Below, in pieces: positions 26,801-38,800 of a stretch of 64,000 nucleotides of DNA. Origin of the DNA: Okamejei kenojei (lineage: Eukaryota); assembly GCA_035221665.1 (NCBI GenBank), contig CM069165.1:19158001-19222000 (forward strand), read 5' to 3'. How positions within the stretch are numbered: position 1 is the first letter of the stretch; every line of letters starts with the position of its first letter. The notes under the pieces were generated by a model. That model was not told the DNA's origin. It saw only the letters and a list, made by a program, of their open reading frames with translations, and did no database searches. Made by a program: the position numbers and the translations under genes.

Positions 26801-29800
26801 ACCTCTTGAGTTGAATTTTTATTTTAGCTTGATTTGACAATTATTCATGTTGCCGACCTGATCTCAGACATTAAATCTTGAGTATTTTTATTGCTTCCAC
26901 TAATCTCACTGTAACCAGCAAGACTAATCAACACAGCAGCAGCACGCACAACCTAAATCCCCTCAGTCCTCTAGAGCTCACTCAGCGCTTTCCAGCAGCA
27001 ATCACTGGGACCAGGAAACTAGTCTGGTATTGTATACCCTAGGCTTGAGATGTTGCTCCTCCAGAGATCAGACACAGTCAGTCACACCCAGGAAATTCAT
27101 GAGTTGCGCGGCTAATATCAGTTGTCTTATGCAGTTGAAAGTCTGGGTACCCAATTTTCAGCTGCAGAAGGGGACACTGCAACTGAAGTTAAATATTAGA
27201 TATGTTTCCTCCAGCTGAATACTGGGCATCACATCTCAAGTTGAACAGGCCTCTGCAAAAATAGGTAATTAACCTCCATTTCTGCAGGTGAGATAACTCA
27301 CCTTGAGATGAGCAATGGATACCCATCTCCAGGTAAACATGGGTACTACCTCACGCTGAACATTAAGACACATAATTGCTTTCTGAATTAAGTACAGAGG
27401 CCACCTTCAGCTCCACATGAGGCACCTCACCTCCAGGTGAATAGGTCGGTACTATATTGTCATTTGAACAAGTCGGATATCTGATCTCCAGCTCTGCAAC
27501 TTGGGTATCCACCTCCAACTCTACGTGGGGTCCCCCACCTGTAGTACACAAGCACCAGTTAATGACACATGGATCTCATCTCTAGCTAAAAGCAAGCTAC
27601 CCTTACTTCTACCATAGGAGTGAGGTAACGTGTTGCTGGCTGTGTGTCAGGCGCACTTTCTCCTTCCTTCAAACTTTCTTCACAGCTGCTATCAGGCAAC
27701 TGAATCATCCTACCACAACCAGAGAGCAGTCCTGAACTACTATCTACCTCAATAGTAACCTTGGACTATCCTTGATTGGACTTTGTTAGCTTTATTCATT
27801 CATTCATTCCTTCCTTTGTTACCTGGCACTAAACATCATTCCCTTATCATGTATCTATACACTATAAATGGCTAGATTGTACTCATGTATTGCCTTTCCG
27901 CTGACTGGATAGTATGCAACAAAAGCTTTTCACTGTACCTCGGTACATGTGACAATAAACTAAACTGTAAAACTCAGATATCACTGAGAGTGTGATTTGA
28001 GTCCAATATATAGATGAAACAGCACTCACTACATAATGACACTGTGCTCATACATATTATACATCCTTAAGTAACAACTGAGATCCACAATTACTCTACA
28101 ATGTGGTGGTGCAATCTGAAAATTATTTTGTTTATAAATATTGCCACTAAAATGCTTGAACTTTAATCTTCAGACTACTGTTGCTCATCATTTTTCAAGA
28201 CTGAAATGTCACTACAAACAAAACATGACAATTTTCCACTCTTAAAATGGAAGAATGATTACTGACTGATTACATGCATAAATATTTAAAAGAATACTGA
28301 GTTGGAACATGCCCGCGTCTTATTAGCCAGAGTTGCTGCCACATACTCTTACTGTGAACTCTACCTCATTCAATTATTCCGTTATTGCACTTGAGTATTT
28401 CTTTGCAGTACTTCAGAAAGTACTACATTATTTGCATCATTCTGTGACTGTTTTATTCTTTGTTAGAAAGTAAATCACAGAAGCAGGCCCTTTGACCCAT
28501 AATGTTGTATATATCACTATCATGCATACGGCATACAAAGAATTTCATTGCATCCTGCTGTATATAACAACAATAAACTTATCTGAATCTGAATGCCATT
28601 TGACAGCACTTGGTCTGCAGCCTAATATGCCTTCAGGTATTTGTCCAGATGCTTCTTAAATGTTGAAACAAGGAATTGCAGACGTTGGTTTACAAAAAAA
28701 AAAGACAAAAGTGCTGGAGTAACACAGTGAGTCAGGCAGCATCTCTGGAGAAAGTTGATAGGTGGCATTTGGTTCAGGACCCTTTTTCACACTGATTGTG
28801 GTGAGGGTGGGGGAGGGGGATAAAAGGGAACTTTTACTGGCAAGTTCCTCCAGCACTTCGTGTCTCTTTTTGCTTCTTAAATGTTGAGTATCTGCTTCCA
28901 CCATTCCCTCACTTAAAGTACATTCAACGTCATCCTTGAGAACATTTGAATAATCAACAGAATTAATACTTTATTTTGTATTATTCAAAATTAAAGAAAA
29001 ATAATTTCAGTCAGTTGAGTTTAACACACAAAAAAATATTATGGAGCAAGATGCTTATATTGGGTAGGCACCAGGGACAACAAATTGGATGTTTAGCTTC
29101 CAAGAATTGTCCATTTGGTGTCACCTTTGAGACAGGGAATTGTTCCACTCTTGAACTAAAAGCTCTTTGGAACCAAGTGCTTTTAAATTGTGGTGTCCTT
29201 TTTCCCCGAGGCATTGGCTCCTGACCACCAGGGGGCAGCACTGCTAACATGCTCAAAGGTCCACCACTAGTCCCACCAAGGCAGAGTGAGAGAAGGAAAA
29301 CAGGAAGTCGATGAATTTGGACAACATGCCTGGATTGCAAGGAAGAGAGTGGCCAGGAATAGGGTTGGAAACAGGAGGTTGGTCACAAAATAAGGGGATA
29401 ATAAAATCCTTGAGAGTTGAGTTGAGCATTGGTGGGAAGGAGTTAAGATGATTGTGATCGGCTGCCGAATGGATGTCAGAGTCGTGATTGTGGTGGAGTG
29501 AAGGGCCAGTGTGGGAGGGTTAGAGGTTGTTACTTTAGACTTTCGAATTCAGAGATACAACATTTAAACAGGCCCTTCAGCCCACCAAGTCTGTGCCGAC
29601 CACCGATAGAGAATGGTACTATCCTACACACTCGGGACAATTTGTAATTTACAGAAGCCAATTAACTACAAATCTGCACATCTTTGGCGTGTGGAGGAAA
29701 CCGGAGCATCCGGAGAAAACCCATGTGGTCACAGGGAGAACTCCATACAAATAGCACCTGTAGTCAAGATCGAACCTAGGTCTCTGTCACTATAAGGCAG

Positions 29801-32800
29801 CAACTCTACCACTGTGCCACCGTGCCACATAGGTTGCTGCTTATGCTTATTTACAGTATATTGAGCTTCTTCACTAGATGGATGGTCAAATGTACATGAA
29901 GGAGGATGGCAGTCCATATGCTAGCCCTATCTGCCCAAGTCCAGAGGGCATCTGAGATGCACCAGTATCTTTTCTCCAGCACGTCACAGCTCCACTGCTG
30001 TGGTAAATGATGAGTCCAGGAGCGGAGCTCAAGTTTGTCTGTGACTTCAGCCTTTCACCACATCCAGGCTCACGTTCAAGAGGAGCTGAGCCACAAGCAG
30101 TTGATAGCTGGCCATGCTGCAGATTAAACAGTATGATTCGGCCTGGCGACCATTTTAGCCTTTGTGCTCCTGACTGGAAATTCAGTGATGCCTATAGCCT
30201 AAACCATCATTGTTGCTGCATCAAATTTAAGTAAGGGTGAGCTTTCATTTGTGCCCATGTTATTGCAGATTGTGCAAAAGACCTTGGGTGACCTAGTTTA
30301 ATTCAGTAAGCCCTAAACAGACAGGGCCACTGCTGATTTAGAACCATTCTGGGAGAATGGAGTCAACCAAGGCAAAAAAAAAGTGACTACATTCGTTTTA
30401 ATTTACTGCTAATCCCAATATAATAACTAACTTTCCTCCCTTTTAAAATACTCATAAAATTGACATGCTCATTATGGTAGTCTTGGTTTATACAGGGGAG
30501 CCAACAGGGATGTGGAGAAACATAACTCTGTTTGACTGACTCGATTAACATTTTGATCAGATAACAGAGAACGCTGGTGAAGGGAATGCTGTAGATTTTT
30601 TTCTAGCTTTTCAGAAACCATTTGAAAAAAATGCAAAATGTTGGTCACAAAATTGAGACCCTTGGAATTAACTATTCAGCCAGAGTATTTAAAGAAATGG
30701 AGAGCAGGGGTATACAGCTCTTTATTCAGACTTATACGATGCTCTTTACAGAAGGTAATAGAGCATTCACTGACTTGTATATATATATTAATGACGTAGC
30801 AAGATGTGCAATGCAAAAGTTCTAAATTTGCAGATGACAAGAAGTGTCATGCGTAATGGGAAGGGTAGTAATACATTGTAAGAGAATAAAAGGCTGAAGG
30901 AATAGTCAGACACGTGGCAGCTGAACTGCAACACAGCGAAGCATGAAGTAATACATGCAGACTGAAAAAGCAAGAGACAAGATGGAGTAAATGGGACAGT
31001 TCAAAAGATGTGCGGTAACAGAGAGTGGATGCGGCCATATTGAAATGGTGGTTAGTAAAGTACATGGGCTCCCCTGATTCATAAGTTGAGATATAGATAA
31101 CAAAGCAAGAAGATAATGTTGATGATAGACACAAAATGCTCGAGTAACTCAATGGGTCAGACAGCATCTCTGGAGAAAAGGAATAGATGACGTTTTGGGT
31201 CGAGACCCTTCTTCACACTTTTGTTGAATCTGGTTTAGTGACAACTGGGGTATAGTGTTTAAGAAAGAACTGCAGATGCCGGAAAAATTGAAGGTAGGCA
31301 AAAATGCTGGAGAAACTCAGCGAGTGAGGCAGCATCTATGGAGCGAAGGAATAGGTGACGTTTCGGGTCGAGACCCTTCTTCGGACTGGGATATAGTGTT
31401 CAGTTCTGGTCACCTCATTTTAAAAAGAATATAAAAGCTTTAGAGAGAGTGTAGGAAAGATTTATTGGAATGGCTGCAGGGCTGAGTATCTCAGTTGCAA
31501 GTTTAGACTACAGAAGATGGAATGAGGAAGGCCGATAGATATTTCAAAGAGCTGCGGCTGTTCACGAAGGGTGTCGATGGAGTATTGAGAGCAAAGTTGT
31601 TCCTATTCTCAGATGGTTCAAGGATCGGAACCACAGGCTTAGAGTTTTGGGACACAAACAGAAGGAAGGCAGGAGGAAAAGTCTTTATTACGTGGAGAGC
31701 AGCGAAGATCTCATCATTGATGAGCATGGTGGAAATGGAGTCAATCCAAGGAAGAATAATTTCCAGGATTATGGGGAAAAGGTGGTGGACTGACTGGCAG
31801 GGTTGCTCCAAGAGGGCCTGGCAGAGACTCGCTGGATTGAACAGCATCCTCTGTGCCACAACATTACAAAATCAATGCGTCCTTCCAACACAATTCAAAT
31901 TGACAGTTTTGCTCTTTATCTGAAGATGATCAGACCCATCCGTAAGTATGATGAATGTAGCAGGGAGTGGTTGAGTAATTACTGCTTTCTTTTTTCCCTC
32001 ACTTCCCTACCAGTAACACTAGGAAGCCTGATTCTTTATCATTCCTCGATAACAATCAGCACGGGAGCACCTCAAGGCTGCGTGCTCACCCCCCTGCTGT
32101 ACTCACTCTATACTCATGACTGTGTAGCTGGACATAGTGCGAACTCCATCATCAAGTTCGCCGACACCACTGTTGTGGGACGAATCACTGACGGTGACGA
32201 GTCAGAGTATAGAAGTGAGATCGACCGATTGACCAAATGGTGCCAGCACAATCACCTGGCTCTCAACACCAGCAAAACCAAGGAACTGATTGTGGACATT
32301 CAAAGGGGTAGGATAGGGACCCACAATCCCGTTTATATCAACGGGCCGATGATGGAAAGGGTCAAGAACTTCAAATTCTCGGGCGTGCATATTTCTGAAG
32401 ATCTTTCCTGGTCCCAGCACACTGATGCAATTATAAAGAAAGCACATCAGCGCCTCTACTTCCTGAGAAGATTACGGAGAGACGGTATGTCAAAGAGGAC
32501 TCTCTCGAACTTCTACAGGTGCACAGTAGAGAACTTGCTGACCGGTTGCATCATGGCTTGGTACGGCAACTTGAGCGTCCAGGAGCGGAAAAGACTACAA
32601 AAAGTAGTAAACACTGCCCAGTCCATCATCGGCTCTGACCTTCCTTCCATCGAGGGGATCTACAACAGTCGCTGCCTCAAAAAGGCTGGCAGCATCATCA
32701 AGGACCCACACCCTGGCCACACACTCATCTCCCTGCTACCTTCGGGTAGAAGGTACAGGAGCCTGAGAACTGCAATGACCCGGTTCAGGAATAGCTACTT

Positions 32801-35800
32801 CCCCACAGCCATCAGGCTATTAAACCTGGCTCGGACAAAACTCTGAACATTAATACCCCTCCATCTGTTATTTGCACTTTATTAATTTATTAATTAATGT
32901 GTGTATTTACGTATATAATTGTAGTCAATGCCTACTATGTTCTGTTGTGCTATGCAAAGAAAGAATTTCATTGTCCTGTCAGGGACACATGACAATAAAC
33001 TCTTTTGACTTTGACTTTGATCCAGGTTCAGGAACAGCTTCTTCCCCACAGCCATCAGGCTATTAAACTCGCCATCAAACAAACTCTGAACTATAACAGC
33101 CTATTGCACTTTATCTGTTTATTTATGTGTGCATATATATGGTCTATGCTATATAGACACACTGAACTGTTCTGTATTTATGCTTACAGTACTAAGCAAG
33201 TATTTCGTTGTCCTATCTGGGGCACATGACAATAAACGCTCTTGACTTGACTAGACTTGACTACTTAAGAGAGCAAAAGGAACCAGTAGATGGCGCTCTT
33301 GGTGTGCAAGCACAAATGCCAAGCCCTCAAACTGCTACAGTCATCACTCATAATGTACACCCACAGGTATGTTCTATGCCAATGATTCAAGATCAGTTTT
33401 TTTTTCAGAAGGAGCGACAGCTGACAAATTCTAATTTACCTTTCTGCATAAGAAGGCATGGGGTTTCTTTGGATTTGAATCAAGTTCAAGATATTTCAGA
33501 TTAATGTCCAGGCTCAATGCTCGGGTAGTTCTTTCCGTTGCTATGTTGTACAACCACCTGGACCTCTAAAGCGCGAATAACAAGAAGGGTAATTGCTACG
33601 TTTCCGTAATACCTGACAAAGCAAACAACTCTCTCTGTCCAGGTGCAGGAACAGGTTTCTTTTAATTAAAGATTACTGGTGTGCCAAAGAAAGCTAAGCA
33701 CAGATTCTATCTCTGACCAAAATCCCTGGTTGCACTTGCCACTGTGTGAACTTCACAATAGTTCACTCTTGGTCAATGTAAAGTTAATTACAGCAGGCAA
33801 GCAAAAGCATCATATGAATCACAGCTTAACCTCAGGCTAGAGGTAAATGAGATTGTATGGCGAGGGATCAAATTTTCACCCTTATACCACTGGGAAACGA
33901 CGCACCGTATAAGATGCTACCATGTACTAGTGACCTCCCAGAAGATGAAACACTGAGATTAAACAGCTTGGGGTGAGATTACTAATTAAAAGTTGCCACA
34001 AAGATGGAAATTCTCACTGAAGCAACCACCACTGTATAAATCAGAAGTCAAAATCCATGCCACTCACCAATAATATTATCTGCTCCAAGTGCTTTCTAAG
34101 ATTAGTATGCAGCATGTATTAGTTTACTTTAGTTTATTGTCACATGTTCCGAGGTACAGTGAAAAGCTTTTGTACCTGCTAACCAGTCAGCAGAAAGACA
34201 ATACGTGATTGCAATTGAGCCATTTACAGTGTACAGATACACGATAAAGGGAATAATGTGAAGAATGTTTAGTGCAAAATAAAGCCAGTAAAGTCTGATC
34301 AAAGATAGTCCGGTGGTCTCCAATGAGGTAAATAGTGGTTTAGGACTGCTCTCTAGTGTACGTTCTCCCTGTGACCTGCATGGGTTTTATCCGAGATCTT
34401 CGGTTTCCTCCCATACTCCAAAGATGTACAAGTTTGTAGGTTAATTGGCTTGGTAAATGTAAACATTGTCCCCAGTGGGAGTAGGATAGTGTTCATGTGC
34501 GGGGATCGCTGGTCGGCGCAGATCCGGTGGGCCGAAGGGCCTGTTTCCATGCTGTGTGTCTAAACCTAAGCCTAAACAAGTCACGGGGCTGGGTGTGAGA
34601 TGAATTGGTGGGGGTTAGGCACAAAGTAACTCAGCGGTCAGGCAGTATCTCTGGAGAAAAGGCATAGGTGACGTTTTGGATCGGAACCCTTCTTCAGACT
34701 GAAAGATAGAGGTGGGGAGAGGGGAATACTGGAAGCAAGAAATTACAGTTAGGTCAGGATAGTGTGGGGACTGAAGGAGAGCATATGAGTGGCCCACCAA
34801 TGTGATAAAATTTCCTGACCATTGTTGCTGTGGAGCCTTGCACCAGGAATGATGTTGTCCTGAAAGCATCTGAAGCAAAAATCACAACAGAACCACCATG
34901 TTTTAAGTTCCTGCTCCCTGACAATGTTCCAGCCATTCAGACAGGATCACTCATCTGCTCGCTGTAAACACATTCGTGAACAGAAAATATTCACTCAAAT
35001 CTCCGGATTGTGTATTTTTTAACCTTCTACACTGGAAGTACAAAATGGTAACAAAGAAATAATACAACGTGCACTAAATGTAAAAAATTATCTCCTCTTC
35101 CTTTTATCATTTCTTTCAAACTCTCAGACATTCCACAGCACTTTATAGCCTCCAAAGTATTTCTGAAGGCACAGTGCTAAGGTTGGAAATATAATGTGTC
35201 TGCGTCTGGAATTGTTGACCTGATTTTAACAGACAGCCTGTATTTTCGCATTCCTAACGGAACACAGCCAGAACTGAAACGCTCGACGACGATGGAATAG
35301 CAATTACAGCTAATAACCTGGTTGTTTCGAAGTAAGCAGCAGACAGTAAGATGGGCCATCTGTATTTACCATTTCAACAACCAGGCTCAATGACAAACAC
35401 AACATGTGATTCATTGGAGACGGTGCAGAGGATGTAGAGACTGTGCTGAGATGGAACATTTCCAGTTATAAGGGAGACTGGATAGGATGGATCTGGCTCC
35501 TTTGAAGTAGAGGAGGCTAAAGCTGGACCTGATAGTGGTGTATAGAAATGATAAGGGGTGTAGATCAGGTAGAGAGTAGAAAACCTTTCCTCACAGCAAA
35601 GGTTTCTAAATCTCAGAGTGCACAGTTGAGGGTAAGAGGTAAATCAGGGGTCGGCAACCAACGGCTCCCGGGCCGGATGTGGCCCATAACCCGAAAACAT
35701 CCGGCCCGCAGGCGGACTATTTTCTCGTAATCATCCGGCCAGTCGAGCGTGGCTGAGCGCCCCCCCCCCCGAGCGCGGCCGAGCGCTTTCCCGAGCACGG

Positions 35801-38800
35801 CTGTACCGCATCCTGCGCAAAGCCGCCGGCACGGCCACGCACCTTCTGTGAACAAGTTTAAGAGAGAACTGCAGATGCTGGAAAAATTCGAATGTAGACA
35901 AAAATGCTGGAGAAACTCAGCGGGTGAGACACACAAGGATTGCATGAGGCTGCCTCACCCGCTGAGTTTCTCTAGCATCTTTGTCTACCTTCTGTGAACA
36001 CGTGATTTGATGCCGGCCATCCGGGGCGGGATGGGGGCGGGATCCATGTGTACACGTGATAGATATGGCCTGCCATCCACTCACAGCATGCGTCCCGACC
36101 CCTATGCAGAACAAGGTTGCCGACTCCCGAGGTAAAGGAATCCGAGGAAGGATATTTTCACCTGAGGGTGTTTGGAATCTGGAATGCACAGCCTGAGATG
36201 AGACCTTCACATCATTTAAGAAGTATCTGGATGGACACAAGATTCAGAAAGGCTCGTAATGCCATGGACCTGGTAATGCTGGTAAATGGAATTCGTAGGG
36301 ATGGGCACTTGATACTTTGCATGCTCATGTGGGCTGAATGGACGTTCTGTGTTAGATGGCCACTAAACTACATTCAGGTTGAGAAACAACGAGTGATCAG
36401 TATCAATCATTTCCATCAACTTACTGATTCATAAAACTTGCTAAATCTAAATAAGTAGTCATGTCTCAGGTGACCGCATGAAGTTCAGGAATTATTTCAA
36501 CACATTTTGGCTAGACACCAGAATATAATAACACATTTACATCCGATTCCCTCTACCTCATTATGGACTTGGGACTTCAAAAAATGAACTGTTGCACTAC
36601 AATACTGAGAACTATATTTTTCACTCTATTTCTTTTTTTCTCTCTACCTATTGTACTTGAGTTCAGCTTGATTATATCCATCTATGAAAAGCATCTAGGG
36701 GGCGCTGCACTGACAGCAGCCTCTGCCTGCAGCCCGTTTGTTTTTACATCTTTTTTTTATTTTTAGTCCGTTAAAAGTCTGTCTTGGGGGGGAAACTTTA
36801 ACTTTTATATGTGGGGGGAGGGGGGCAGGGTAAGGGGAAAACAAACTCCCAGTCGCTTCCTGGCGGGGACACGACTATTTCTCCGAGTTGCGTCACTGGA
36901 TGTTTTCAAGGCAGAGTGAAGGGACTGTCCCACGTGGCCGTCATTCGCGCGCCATTTACGCGACCTGCTAGCGCGTGGGTAGAGCGTGGGTAGTGCGGGC
37001 CGGGCGCATGGAGTGGCGTGGAGGAGTGTGGACTTTGTCCTGCACTAAATCTTCGTGTGCCACCGGCCTGTCGCGTAACTGACGGCCAAAGTGGGGCACT
37101 CCCAGGAGATTTAGCTCTTAGGGCTAAAGGTTCTAGGGATATGGGGAAAAAGCAGGAATGGGGTACTGATTTTAGATGATCAGCCGTGAACATATTGAAT
37201 GGCGGTGCTGGTTCAAAGGGCCGAATGGCCTATTCCTGCACCTATTTTTCTATGTTTCTATGCAAAACCAACCTTTTCACTGTACCTTGGTACACCTGAC
37301 AATAATAAACCTAAACCTAACCATAGCATCTTCAATTAATTTAAGGTCTTTCTCTGAACTTACAAATGCTTCACAGTCACAGGTTCATGTATGGTAAAAG
37401 AACAATGGCAGCCAATTTACATTACAAACTCACTCAAGCACCTAAACTAATTGAAGTGACAATTACACTTCACTGACAGATTGAAGGGGAAATGTTAGTC
37501 AGGAAATTGGCAAACCATTTCTTTTTCTTATAATGCCATCTATACTTATCTGAGAGGAGATGTGCATTGTTTAACATTTCATTTGTGGGACAGCACCTCC
37601 CCAGTGCAGCATTCCCTCTGTTCTGCAGCGATGGATTAGCCTGGATTATGCATCAAATCCCTGGAAATGGACTTGAACTGCAACCTGACGCAGAAACAGT
37701 ATTCCACTCACTCTGACATGACCGGCATCTGGAGCCATCAACAGAAGCACGCTGTTCTCTTCTAATATCAAAGTAACTCCATTGAACCCCTCATGTCAAA
37801 GCCAAGGAATCGTAATCCTTTCACTTCTTCTTTGATAAATGGTCAGGGGTGTGGATGACTAACTTCACATGAGCACATGGAAATGGAAGCAGTAGTAGAT
37901 CCCCTCAAACCTGCCTGCCATTCAATACGATCATTGCTGATCTATGCTAGCCTCAACCCCTCCACGATGCTACCACTCACAGCTATCTGTTACTCAATCT
38001 TCCATATATTTATTTACTGGTCTCTACCAGGTTTGGGGGCAAAGATTCTTCTGACAGAAGAATTTTCTACACACCCAAGTTTTAAATGATCAGCTCCTAT
38101 CTTGTATATACATCCCCTTGCCTATGACTTTCCCTCAAGTCCAAACATCTCAGCATCTGCCCGATCATGCCTGCTTAGAATCTTGCCCTTTTGAATAGGG
38201 TCACCACTCATTCTTCTAGACTCCAAGGAATACAGACCCAAGGTTCGACTACACTGGATTCTGAGATGGCTGATAGTCAGGTACAAGAACCACCGACTCT
38301 CCCACAGGTAGTGTAGGTGGGATGCAATCAGGGTACCATGCATGGGTTTGACCAGCGTGCCAAAGGCTAAGGTTTCCATTTTAAAGCAACATCAAGTGTG
38401 GGTTTATATAAAGCTACACGCGACAGAAATTGCTCTTTTAAACCTGCACAGTAGGTACACAGAATTGTATGCGTCTTATTTAAAGCGATGACTTAATTCT
38501 GTTAATATTAAATAATAAAGAATAGCGATTAAAACATTTTTATGCAAAGGTTTCAGTTTTCAAAATAAAGCAATGGTCCTGTTCCAATGTGTCCAATCGG
38601 TTGTATAACTGAATGTATCAACTTTTGAACCATTGTCCCATTAAACTATCCTGTTACAAAACATTTGTTTCCTATTGACTGGAAGATATGACGGAAGTGG
38701 CAGATTTTCAGACTTCCTTTTTCAAAATGAGCGTGAGTATCTAATTAAGTCACGGACTGCCAGTGACCCTGCGATGCTGGTCATGAAGCTTCGCAATTAC

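Noticed and set aside
31803-32042. N-terminal part of the 347-aa ORF as part of a gene
   Set aside because: RT homology starts only at about 32045; the upstream part is chance read-through of flanking DNA.
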